From the human T2T-CHM13v2.0 reference genome, Homo sapiens, in NCBI RefSeq assembly GCF_009914755.1, contig NC_060939.1: 64,000 bases of DNA; one strand, 5' to 3'. Below are positions 50,136-64,000 of the stretch, in pieces; the first letter of the stretch is position 1, and every line of letters starts with the position of its first letter. Below the pieces are notes generated by a model. The model was given only the letters and a program-made list of their open reading frames with translations, did no database searches and was not told the DNA's origin. A program made the position numbers and the translations under genes.

Positions 50136-50968
50136 CTGCAGAAGAAAGAAAAAAATTTTTTGAGAAATGACAATCAAATGCATGAAGAGAACAAACCAAT
50201 TACAAGATCATACTGAAAAGAGAATATTTTGAGGAATTTATAATGCCATGTGACAACCAACAATTTCATACTTTATTTTTGTGGTTTCAATTTAAAATGA
50301 AATTAGGAAATCCCCCATATGGAAAGCATTCATGTATGAAGAACCAAAAGGAATGAGAAAGTCAATCCAGGGCAGGAGTAGTGGTGGCTGTGAAAAGAGT
50401 GTAGTGATGTTCAAATCGAATCAATAATGATAGCCAACCATTATTTTAGTCACAGGGTTTACTGGAAAAATCCTGATACTAGGTAATGCTGGAAAGGACA
50501 GAGCTGATCTGGAAGCAAAGCTGCCAATGCAGATATTAAAATTAGAACTGGTCTAATTTTAAGACCAGTTCGTAACTTTATTTTTCTAATTCCCCTGGAA
50601 TCTGGCAGTTCTACTTTGTTCTAAAAGCACCAGAATAAATCAGAGCACATGGGTGCTCCTGGATTTGTCTGTTACATAAATGTACATATATGCCATTGTT
50701 ATTCTGCCAATATTATAACACAACAGATGGTGAGTCATTGGTAGATGCCTAAGAACTGATATTTATGTAGTAAGGTATCTTGACAAAGCGTTTCAAAAGC
50801 TGTTGCTCTAATTTACCTACGTATCACTAATAGCATCACTTTATATGAGGCTCACAAATGCATCCTTGCTACATTTATAAAAACATGCCTGGCAGAGTGA
50901 TCACTGGAAACAGCAAAATGGCCACTAGCAGACTAGATAACTCAGCAGGGGACACTGCAGGAATATAC

Positions 50969-51134
50969 CTGGCACATCTCTGTGATGGTGTCATCAAACA
51001 CTCCTCCAGCATCATCAGCCCCTTCTCCAACCAGCTTAACCTTCCACGCTCGGGAAGGCAGGCGGAGGTCTGAAGCATTCAGCTTAACTACTTGTCTCGC
51101 TATTTGGACAAAAATAGGCTTACACTTCCGTCCT
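50969..51134 (-). CDS. HERC1: HERC1 exon (GRKCKPIFVQ...WKVKLVGEGADDAGGVFDDTITEMCQ), HECT start
   Basis: aaag acceptor, gtatat donor; 166 nt; HECT 'GExxxDxGG' motif. Confidence 0.95.
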
Positions 51135-51401
51135 CTTTAAAAGAAAGGGAGAAAGCAATGAAATACAACTCTTACCAATTTCCCCAAAATCACATGATAT
51201 CTTCCCATCAGTGAATGAAAAAGCTAGTTTAACAGGCAAGCACTGTGCTAGGCCCACTGTAACCACACCAGGTACTAATGTAAGTACTATTACTATCTAC
51301 CCTGCCTTAGAAGTGAGGAAACCAAGACTCACAGAAATTAGTAATAACATCCATCTGAAAAAATCACAGCTCATTAGTCAAACACACATACATATGCTAA
51401 C

Positions 51402-51571
51402 CTGGTTGATATCCTCTTTACAGTTATCTGAGGTCCATAGTTTTTGCCTTGAACCATGGTTTTTCCTATGGAGCGCACCATTGGCAGAGTGTAGACTCTT
51501 GGGGCTAACAAAGGCCGAAGTTGTCCCTGTACAATGCCCCAAGTTCCAGCATTATAATGGGATGTGCTGTT
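51402..51571 (-). CDS. HERC1: HERC1 exon (NSTSHYNAGTWGIVQG...YGPQITVKRIST)
   Basis: ttacag acceptor, gttagc donor; 170 nt open frame. Confidence 0.93.
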
Positions 51572-51658
51572 CTGTAACAGAAGGTACGGTTATCAGAAAT
51601 GGTACAATCTAGGCTTAAAAGAAATAACAATTTTCACTTATAGAACATACATTATTTT

Positions 51659-51962
51659 GGCTGGGCGCAGTGGCTCATGCCTGTAGTCCCAGCACTTTGG
51701 GAGGCTGTGGTGGGCGGATCGCTTGAGCCCAGGAGTTCAAGACTAGCCTGGGTAACATGGCAAAACCCATCTCTACAAAAACACAAAAATTAGCTGGGCA
51801 TGGTGGCATGTGCCTGTACTCCCAGTTACTCAGGAGGCTGAGGTGGGTGGATCACCTGAGTCCAAGGAGGTTGAGGCTGCAGTGAGCTGAGATAATGCTA
51901 CTGCACTCCAGCCTGGGCACAGAGTGAGACCCTGTCTCAATATTATTTGAAAAATTGAAAAA
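51659..51962 (+). mobile_element. AluJ-like
   Basis: Perfect 17-bp TSD agaacatacattatttt. Confidence 0.93.
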
Positions 51963-52359
51963 AGAACATACATTATTTTAAAAATGCACTTTAAGAGCAT
52001 AAACTCAGGATTAGGAACTATTAGTAACCTTTAAATTTTTCTTCTGATAAAATATATAATTACCATTTTTAAAAACCTTAGAAAATACAGAGAAGGATAC
52101 ACACATGTATGCACAAATTAAGTAATTCCAAATCCTACCATATAGAGATGCCCCATTAATAATTTCATCTATTTCCTTCCAGTTCTCTTCTGTGTATGCA
52201 CACATAACATTTTTCACAGTTAATATCATTCTGAGCTGCCTTTCTCAGTTAACTTTACATTATAAACATTTCTTCCACTAATTACAGTTTGCTAACACTC
52301 TGTTTAGTGCTGCACAGGACTCTGCTGCCTATCTATTTCTAGCAGTGATTTGTCAAATC

Positions 52360-52394
52360 TCACGCATGCACACACACACACGCACGCACACACA
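52360..52394. repeat. (CA)n/(CACG)n compound microsatellite
   Basis: cacgcatgcacacacacacacacgcacgcacacaca. Confidence 0.85.
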
Positions 52395-52654
52395 ATAGCT
52401 AGCCACTTTGTTACTGGACTAGTCCATAAAGATAGACAAATCAGCAAAATTTACTTTATTTCCCCGACCTCCCTTTCCCCAAGACCCAGAATGCTAATTT
52501 GTAAGAAGAGAAAAAAGTATCTGAAATTTCTCAGATTAATTTATGTAACAACCCTGACTGTGGTTCCAACAGCTTTGTGTGCTTACATTTTAAAATCATA
52601 TTTTAGACTTTGTAGAAATGGCTGGTAGAAGTGGCTGGCAGACTTTGTAGAAGT

Positions 52655-53047
<393 letters not shown>

Positions 53048-53229
53048 TCATGTCCAACCTCTAGACTGTCCCTAACACAGCAATAAAATGGGAATAGAAG
53101 TGTTATCTTATTAGCCATGAAAGAATTTTCCAAAGGCAGAGGGAAAGGCCCTGGGGCCTGGCGAGCATGTCACGGGCACTGCTTACCAAGCCAGTCTGTG
53201 CCTGGCTGCTTACCACGCCAGTCTGTTAC

Positions 53230-53399
53230 CTGGTTGTTGGGGCTAAGGTTCAGCAGTCTCCAGGATGAGTACATGAGGTCAGAGAAGTGGTAGAGCAGCC
53301 GGAGCCTGGCCCGCACCGTGTGAATGCTGACTTCTCTCAGCGCCCCATACTGGGGGGGCACTGTGTCAGGCAGGCCCAGCTGCAGAGGTACTGACACAC
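53230..53399 (-). CDS. HERC1: HERC1 exon (VSVPLQLGLPDTVPPQY...LLNLSPNNQ)
   Basis: gacag acceptor, gtaaca donor; 170 nt; agrees with ORF 53170..53397. Confidence 0.94.
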
Positions 53400-54079
53400 C
53401 TGTCCAGAAAGCAAATGGGCACTTATGAAGGAAACAGCATTGCTTTCACTTTTCACATTTTGAAAAATTTCAAGCATACAGAGAAGTTGAGATAATTACA
53501 CAATGGACACCCATTCAAACCTCTATCCATCGATTCATCTTAGTTTGGTGTGTGCATTTGTGTTGGTTTTTAAAATGTCTTTATCAGGGGGCGGAGAAAA
53601 AAATAAAATAAAATAAAATGTCTTCATTATTATGGAAATGAAACCTGGTATTTTCTCTTTTTGTTTCCCATTTTATTTAACAATAGAACTTAGGCAGTTC
53701 TTTCACAAAAATAAAGCCAAATTTTTCCTTTCATATTTAATAATTGTCATCTTCATAATACCACAAATGTGGGCAAGGACTAAGTAGGCAGTTCTGGAAA
53801 ATGGAAATGGGAAACTTAGCAGAGCCAACTCCATATTCACTAGGGATCTGATAGCAAGTATTCATGACAGAAACATATAGGTGCATGATTCATGAGGCTT
53901 TTACTACAAGAATAAGAGTTCTGTAAGAAGCAAAGACTACAAGGCCTGCAGCCACAGCTACCCTCCTATAAAAACACATAAAAGAATAAAAACAAGATAC
54001 AAACTCACTTCAGTTTCCTGTAAATAAAGACTGGTACAGTGCAATTCCTAGATTTATTATTATTGTTCGTAGTAAAAAC

Positions 54080-54295
54080 TAACATTTACTGAGTACCTTC
54101 TATGTGCCTGGCACTATTCTAAGAGCTTTACATGAATGGGGCCACTTACTTCTACAGCTCTTTGCAGTAGGTGCTATTATTATCCTCATTTTACAGACAA
54201 AACACTGAGTCTCAAGGTCACTCAGATCATATGTGGAGGAGCTGGGATTCAGCCCCAGCAATGTGGCCCCAGAGCTTGAACCTTTACCTGTCACA
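54080..54295 (-). mobile_element. MIR
   Basis: aacatttactgagtacc...tgtgcctggcact...tattatcctcattttacaga; further MIR-like remnants at ~110-290, 15300-15500, 26290-26450, 41530-41650, 63920-64000. Confidence 0.7.
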
Positions 54296-54634
54296 CTGGA
54301 TAGCTTCTGCCCTAAAGTGGAAGTGAAATCCCTCTGAAGCCACTGAGTACCTGAAATTGTCAGTGCGTAGGCAGCTCTGCTCATTCTAGATTCTGTTAAT
54401 AGAAACCATTTCCTGCTTGTTTGGCATCTACCTGGAATTCCCACTTTTCTCTCTTAGATATCTAAGAAACAAAATCCCTATGGGGAATCTTAGGACCCCC
54501 CCTAAGAAATAGAGGGGTTAACAAAACTGGAAGAGAATGCTGAGCTCTTAGGCACAATGTTGCTTCAGGGAAATTCTAGTGCCTTAGACACCAGAAGATG
54601 GTAGAAAGACAAGGCTTGAGGGCCTTGTCCAATA

Positions 54635-55030
<396 letters not shown>

Positions 55031-55353
55031 TCAGAAAGGGCCCACAGTTGGGTGTTGAGCACACAAGTATGTATTATGGTTTTCTTTAAATCTTTGTGTA
55101 GCTATACAAAAATTTCATAATAAATTAAAAATAAAACAAACAACAAAAAGCTTGAAGTAGCCCACCAGTCTTGCTAAACACAGGAATAAAATGGCAGCAA
55201 GTTGACTGCTGTGCCAATGCACAGACATCATGTTTCAAATGGTTAACTAAGGTGAGGAATTTGACAAATGGTCTCAGGGCTTTTAATCTTTATTTCTAAC
55301 AGTGGGCCTTAGAAAGCTATAATTTGTCATTTCTTTTATATATTAAAAATACC

Positions 55354-55643
55354 GGCCAGGCGCTGTGGCTCATGCCTGTAATCCTAACACTTTGGGAGGC
55401 TGAGGCGGGCGGATCACTGGAGGTCAGGAATTTGAGACCAGCCTGGCCAACATGGCGAAACCCCGTTTCTACTAAAAACAGAAAAAATTAGCCAGGAATG
55501 GTAGTGCATGCCTGTAGTCCCAGCTACTTGGGAGGCTGAGGCAGCAGTCATTTGAACCTGGGAGGCGGAGGCTGCAGTGAGCTGAGATCACACCACTGCA
55601 CTCCAGCCTAGGTGACAGAGCAAGACTCCATCTCAAAAAAAAA
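55354..55643 (+). mobile_element. Alu (AluS-like)
   Basis: Alu consensus match. Confidence 0.92.
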
Positions 55644-55921
55644 CTTAGTTGCTGCTAAAATTATAAATTTTTGCTTGCATAAGTAATATGTATTCTGCTT
55701 TTGGGAGTGCAGAGAGGACGTGGTTCATACTGATGTCAGCAGAACAAATGCCTGCTATGAAAATACTTCCAGTGCTAGTAGCACAAAGAATGCTTTGTGT
55801 GGCAGAAGGCTTGATGGTTTCACAACGATGCTGGATACAGTTGGGAACTGGCAAGCAGACAGTGCCATGGGGTACTGCTAAAAAAGAAACGCTGCAGGAG
55901 CATGAATATTTCATTCCTCAC

Positions 55922-56060
55922 CTGGTGCTCTTGGTGGGACAGGTGGTGCTGTCCATGCAGCACTGTGGCAGCGGCCAGCCGAGATCTGCCGAACATTTTT
56001 CCCTTGCAGACCTGTTACCAGGGTTGGTTCTCGAACATGGTTGGTATGGCCTAAGCCGAG
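55922..56060 (-). CDS. HERC1: HERC1 exon (LGLGHTNHVREP...ISAGRCHSAAWTAPPVPPRAP), end of RCC1-like domain
   Basis: tcccag acceptor, gtgagg donor; 139 nt. Confidence 0.95.
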
Positions 56061-56164
56061 CTGGGAATAAATCACAAATATACAGACATTCAATTAGAAA
56101 GAGGAAGAGAGGAAGTCAATATGAAATTTTTCTTAGATGGTGGCAGACATAAATAAGTTAATAA

Positions 56165-56560
<396 letters not shown>

Positions 56561-57709
56561 TAAGCTGCAACAAGGCCATTCCAAATCTAGCAGATGAGTC
56601 TTAATGACTAAACACATCCTTGGATTCCACTTACGGAAAGGAAATGAATTCTTGGAAAGTTAAGTAATAACAGAATGATCTATGGAGCTTTTACTTAAAA
56701 CACACTGATTTCTGTGTAACAATAAATAAACATATACAAAAACATATATGGAAGCAAATTCTAATCTCCAAACCTCTATACTTAGGGTCTGACTGGGACA
56801 GCCAGTGTTTCAGCAGCTAAGCAAATCAACATCATTAGGAAGGATCACGTCACGGCACTGCCAGGAAACTCCCAAAGGTGCCTTCAACATTAACTCTCCT
56901 CTCAGTAAGAGTGCAACCACAATGACGAGCAGCTTCCTTGTCTGTTAATGCAGTGATGAGGAGACCACAGGAGTCAAACTGAGGCTAATATGAATAATGC
57001 TAGACCTTGAACTTAAGGGTCCCTGGCACTAGGGGAAGCCAGACCAAGAGAGGATTTTTGGAGGAAGGGGAAGTGGCTCTGCATGTGGAGCTAAAAGTCA
57101 CCGTCATAGCATCTCAGACATCTCACACCAAGGTCTCTCCCTCCTTCATAAATAGAGGAGGGTGAATACATCAACCTCTTGAGTCTCTTATCAGTATCTC
57201 AGAGGCTCAGTTTAATCCTATAAATAATGGGAGTGACAAGACTTCCTGCAAAAACCTAAAGATACTTTGTATGCCATCATATTATAAAATATAAAAATAT
57301 TATTGTTTCATTCTTTTTCCCATATCAACTGATGTTCCCAGGACCTAATCTCACATCTTGCTGTAGTAATGATGATAATGTTGACAGTAGCAAATCCTTA
57401 CATACTGCAGCTTACTACATGCCAGGCACTTAACAGTGTATGAGGACACACACATAAATACTCAGCCAATCCCCTTAATCACTTTGCTGTACTACCAGAA
57501 TTGTTTTAAACCATGGTACAATACTTCTTTGGCCGCAGTCGAGAGAGAAAGACATAACTAGACTTACAAAATAATCAGTCCCATAGCAAAGTGATGTGCT
57601 TGGAGTATTGCAGTAGATTATGAATTTCCTAGCTTATCTCTTTCCCCAACTGAGGAACACTGTGAGATTTCTAGAATATGAGAAAGCAGCAAGCAATATA
57701 AATATTTAC

Positions 57710-57879
57710 CTGCCCTTCTGAATTGCTCCCCCAGGCATACACATCTCCATTTGATGCCAAAGCAAGTGTGTGTTCAGCTCCAACTGCCACATCTTCAATG
57801 ATTACTCCAGCCAGGACAGGGATTTGTTGCGGTCGATTGTGATTGCGAGCACGCCCCTCTGGCAAGCCTATCAGGCGAT
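57710..57879 (-). CDS. HERC1: HERC1 exon (RLIGLPEGRAR...VAVGAEHTLALASNGDVYAWGSNSEGQ), RCC1 repeat
   Basis: tttcag acceptor, gtaaat donor; 170 nt. Confidence 0.95.
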
Positions 57880-58228
57880 CTGAAAAAAACAAAACAAAAA
57901 CATGTGGAAATGTTATGCACCACACAACACAGTGCTTTTATATTTTCTGATCAGTCATTTAGCTTATTATGGTGGAATGGCAATGACACATATAACTCAA
58001 CTGAGGCTAAAGCTGCTATTCTGGAAAGGTACACCACGTTCTGAATAAATAAAAAGTGTGAAGCTGTTTCTCTGCAAAACATCACAGGCTCTTTATTCAT
58101 AAAAATTTTTTAAAAAGTTGTATCTAAACTCGGTAACTTGTTTCAAAATAAGAGGCTTCTCCAATATCCACATCTTTGAAAGGATAGGGTCTGACTGACA
58201 CAGTTCAGGCCCTCAAGTTTCTTATGTT

Positions 58229-58392
58229 CTTTTTTGAGACAGGGTCTCGCTCTGTCGCCCAGACTGGAGTACAGTGCAGTGGTGCGACCTCGGCTCACTG
58301 CAGCCTCAACCTGTCGGGTTTAAATGATCCTCCTACCTCAGCCTCCTGAGTAGCTTGGACCACAGGCACATGCCACCATGCCTGGCTAATTT
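58229..58392 (-). mobile_element. Alu right-arm monomer (FRAM/AluJ-like)
   Basis: Single-arm Alu. Confidence 0.8.
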
Positions 58393-58778
58393 TAAGTTTC
58401 TTATATTCTAAAATGAGAGATCATTCAACTTGTCTTGTCCTCAAACTTCCAACCAACCTCTCCCCTTACCTTGCCAAACTTCTAGAGGGTGCCAGCCAGC
58501 CCCTGATGCGCAAAGTCTGCTAGGTCCATTTGGCTTGCCCACCTTCTGCAGCCTAACTTCCACTGTCTCCACTGCACTGAAATTCTACTCTCAAAAGCCA
58601 TGAGTGAGCTCCTAATTGCCTACTGCAGTGGCTTCTTTTCAGGCTCCAGCCCATGGGAACATCATGCAACCTTCTAATAATGTGGCCTCAGCTTTTCCTG
58701 CCTCTCAGAGACTGCACTGCCCTGGCTCATCAGTGACCTCTCTTCCCACTCCTTTCAAAGCCAGCTCTCCCAATTCTT

Positions 58779-59084
<306 letters not shown>

Positions 59085-59952
59085 CTCCCAAGTCTTATTC
59101 CTGTGCCCACCTGCCCTTTACATCACATGCCCCAGAGCTCTATTTTCTTCTTTTCTCATTCTATACTCTCTCTCTCTGGGTTTTTTAGATGATACGAATA
59201 AGGATTTAACTACTATCATTATGCAGCTAATGTCCTAAACCTACATCTTCATAATCAATCCTTCTGGAGTTCCAGATCTAAATTCTCAATAGCCTAGTGG
59301 ACATTTCCACACATTTATTTAGGGCAAATGGGTCCATTCAACATAACTAAAACTGAATTCCTTACCCTTCCCCACAAACCAGCTCATGTCCTCAGTCAGA
59401 GGCATCGATGTTCTCCCACAACTAGAAACTTCAGTCATGGTTTACTTCCTCTTCCTCACACCTGTCTCACATATCCCTAAACAACTACCCTTGCCAAGAA
59501 TCTCAGTCCTACTGTGAATGCCTGGGTTACGAACCTACTCAAGATTTGAACCCAGAGTGCCTATGAATTCCTCCAGTTCCTAAGATCTGCAGCCCCAGTC
59601 CCTAGAAGGGATGAAGAATGAGGCAGGACACAGAGGAGCTCTGATGGTCAAGGCAGTATTTGTGGCAGCATGTCAAGGGCAGTAGAAAAGAAGAGGGGAC
59701 GGCCCTTGGCAGGGACTCTTCTAGCAAGAGTGCTGGCTCTGGCATAAGGGGTCTTAATGGGGAGGGGAGTTTGTCTTTATAATAAAGCACATGAAAGAGA
59801 AGTGGAAAATTATCTATACTGAAAGGAGGTCATAGTGACTACTCACCACCTAGAACAAAAAAAGGACTCAATTTAGAGCACATTCTGTAACACTGGAAGG
59901 CCAATGTTTATAATGATGTGTACCCAAGCAAATAAGCTGAAAAATGTCTTAC

Positions 59953-60055
59953 CTTGACCAAAGGTATACACATGACCATCTTTGGTCAAAGCAACAGAAA
60001 ACTGAGTTCCACAAGCAACCTTTTTTATTCCAATTCCACAAAGGACGTCAATTTT
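59953..60055 (-). CDS. HERC1: HERC1 exon ([34 protein letters not shown]), RCC1 repeat
   Basis: ttgtag acceptor, gtaaga donor; 103 nt. Confidence 0.95.
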
Positions 60056-61091
60056 CTACAAAATAAAAGTGTAAGGCACACAACTTTAAGAAGAAAAAAA
60101 ATCACTCTTGAATTTGCCTAATGGCATGTATCAAGAACTACCTTCCAACAAAAATACTAATTGTCACTTACCTGTTCGACCCAAATCCAAACCTGAAATG
60201 TTATTTTCTCCTACTGTTCTGCAAACTAACTGAATTTCAGGGAGGGAGTGTGCAGGGGCAGAGGCAGTTTGACTAAAGTCCCCAGGGCCCTGTGTGAAGC
60301 AGAAGCATTCCTCTGGGTAATAGAGACCAGGGAGAATTCCAGGACCTTTTAAAGAACACTAGAAGACCATGTTAGTTTAACATTTTAGCTTTTATGGGCG
60401 ACAATAACTGCTTTATATGTTCCCCAGAGTCAGTTTTCCTGCCTCTCTGCATACGTAGCTTAATATTCACTAGTCTAGCTATCAGGATGTCACAGACTAT
60501 AAATGGTGGTGAATCTGAATATAAGCTGAAGCTTTGTAAATCACACTGCTTGTGAAATACGTCAGGAAAACCCACATAAAACAATCACATAGAAGGACTT
60601 CTGTAGAGTCAAGAAATCTTCTATAGTATGAATAACAGCTTCTAATTTCTTTCTTCATGGACTCAGATTTCCTTTGTATTGTTTTTTTAAAAGGAGACGT
60701 GTACCTGTGTTAATTCAGTGGTAATAATAAGCAGAAATGGCAGCTGCATGCAGAGGGTTACAAAGGATTACTCATAGTTCCTTCCATGACATCCTGGAGA
60801 TATGTTTCTAACTATTTCTTCCCTACATCAGAGGTCCTACAGTGTGAAACCCATTTTTGGAGACAGAAGCTTATCCTTGCAGAATTTTAAATCCAGTTTA
60901 GCTGGATTAATAGCTTATTTAAAATCAAGACCTAGCATGTGGGCATTCAAGAATGCACAACAGAAGCTTCTAAACTTCATTATGAACTACCAAAAGTACT
61001 AAAGGTAAATTATTTCCAACTAATAATAACTACTGACATAGATGAAAACTATTTATGTTGTCTGAAAACCTAGACTCAAGGCAGTACTGAC

Positions 61092-61214
61092 CTGAGGTGA
61101 AGATTTTGCAGTGGAATTTCCTAAGCCTAGTTTTCCATAGTCTCCATCTCCAAAAGCCCACACCATGGAACCATCTGCTGACACTGCCAAAGTGTGGTTT
61201 AATCCACAGGCCAC
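61092..61214 (-). CDS. HERC1: HERC1 exon ([41 protein letters not shown]), RCC1 repeat
   Basis: ctttag acceptor, gtcagt donor; 123 nt. Confidence 0.95.
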
Positions 61215-61946
61215 CTAAAGAAATAACAGCATTCCGTAAGGCAAATCACAAGACCTAAAACACACTCCCCCGTTTCTGGGACCCTTTTTCTCTACTTCAG
61301 TGAAAAACTTGGCTATGTTTCCAAATATCTACAATGGTTTCAGAGCATACTACAAATGTTAACCAAAGTAAGTCAACAAGAAATAATTCTTAATGTCCAT
61401 ATATAACTTTTTTCTTCAAAGTGAAATCCTTCAAATGTCTGTGGCTAAACCATAATCAGTATGAAAGATAGAGGAAAAGTATACATGACCCAAAAATATT
61501 CATTCATATCAAAAAGTATCTAAGGAATGATATAGAAAAAGCCAAAAATATTTCCTTGTTAAAGGACACTCTTGATGTATACAAGACAGAGATAATTACT
61601 ACTTAGGAGCAGTAGCTACCAGTGATGTTGCAATTCAGCCATACAACTCAAGGATACCAGACAGGAGCTACTAGTATCTGTATTTTTTAAGGGTTTAATA
61701 GCAAGTGGTATTAGTATGTTATGGAGGGGGCTTTAAAAATATTCACGTCCTGAAATAAGGGTTACATTTGTTGGTTTGTCACATAAACAAACTTAAATTG
61801 ACTTAAAATATGAATTTCACATTGGGAAACAGTTAAAATTATCAATTAGACCATAGCAAAATGTACATGAGGTTAGGTACAACTGGTGATCCTGATCTTC
61901 CTGAGGGTGTCTAAGCGAACACAGAAGAAATGAGAAACAATGATCA

Positions 61947-62132
<186 letters not shown>

Positions 62133-62276
62133 CTAAGACAGAACCAAGGAGAAAGAAAATTTTTAAGAAGGGAAACTAAGAAAAAAGTAAATCTGCCATT
62201 TTTGGTATTAATATAGCAATAAACTTTACATAAACTTCACTGAAAACTGGATCTTCAAAGACCAATGCTTTTAAAA

Positions 62277-62592
<316 letters not shown>

Positions 62593-63153
62593 AACTGGTA
62601 CATTTATCTGCCCAAGTTGCTCTCCTGCTCTCCCAAGTCTGATCTGTCTCAACAGCCTCAGGAAGCCCAAGCTGAACAGCATACCCTGGAGTAACTACTG
62701 CTACTCTTCAGCTGTGTACACATGACCTAGACTAAATGAGATAATAAATGGGGAAATTGTTTGTAAACTATAAGGTGCTATACAATCTTACAATATGATT
62801 TTAGAACACTATTTTCCAGAAAATGCATGTTAACTTAGCTTTTGTAACATAAATGATAGGTTAAAAGCAAAGTTTTCCTTTTATCTGTGTATTAAGAACT
62901 GTGTGGCAGAAGTTAAACCACACAATATTCCTTCCAAGGGCGTGCAGCACCCTAGTCTGGGCCAACCAGCTGGCTCACGAAAAAGACCATTCTAACCAAT
63001 ACTAACAAGACCAATACTAACACCAAAGCCTATTCAAACTTCTGACAAGCTCAAGAATGAATCTGAACATCCAAAACCAATGGATCTCTTATAATTACTG
63101 TGTAATATATTTTTACTATATTTTCTGTTACCTAATTTTAAGAAACCTATTCA

Positions 63154-63414
<261 letters not shown>

Positions 63415-63428
63415 TCACTGGATGTTAA

Positions 63429-63814
<386 letters not shown>

Positions 63815-64000
63815 TAATTTCTTTAGTTTTAAATTGAATTTGTAGCCATAACCTAGCAAAACTGCGAATAGTCACCTAAAATAATGGTGATGACAAGGAA
63901 AACGAGGATGACAGCAATAGTTACAGTCATTAATGACTGGCTATGCTCTAGCCACTCCTATAAATGCTTTACATGGATTATCTCATTTTCTACTTTCACA

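Noticed and set aside
55688-56152. 154-aa plus-strand ORF antisense to a HERC1 exon; also 39614..40093
   Set aside because: Antisense shadow ORFs with no independent coding evidence

Overview
Mammalian (human-like primate) genomic DNA, recognisable from the encoded proteins as the USP3 - FBXL22 - HERC1 locus (human chr15q22, identification from recalled protein sequences). On the + strand: the last six coding exons of the deubiquitinase USP3 (1292-18066, polyA signal 18663, possible distal signal ~21852), then the two-exon F-box gene FBXL22 (ATG 24632). FBXL22 has a muscle-type promoter and two alternative terminal exons in a CpG island: an LRR-encoding exon (27936-28278, 231 aa product) and an LRR-less Pro/Arg/Gly-rich exon (28535-28925, 247 aa product). 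On the - strand, convergent with these: the last 14 coding exons of the giant HECT E3 ligase HERC1 (63386 down to stop at 36321, AATAAA at 35876-35881), encoding part of the second RCC1-like domain and the HECT domain. All exons chain in frame. Introns hold ~30 Alus, a 5'-truncated ~5 kb L1PA in HERC1-sense orientation, old L1M, MIR, L2, DNA-transposon and LTR remnants. I found no prokaryote-type or wholly new gene system. The most interesting signals concern RNA processing: the FBXL22 C-terminus switch, an atypical GC donor on an in-frame one-RCC1-repeat exon, a duplicated splice-donor junction, a palindromic weak acceptor, a mirror-symmetric inverted-Alu array and a sense L1 inside the HECT-coding region. 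Repeat subfamily names are from recalled diagnostic motifs, not from a RepeatMasker run.
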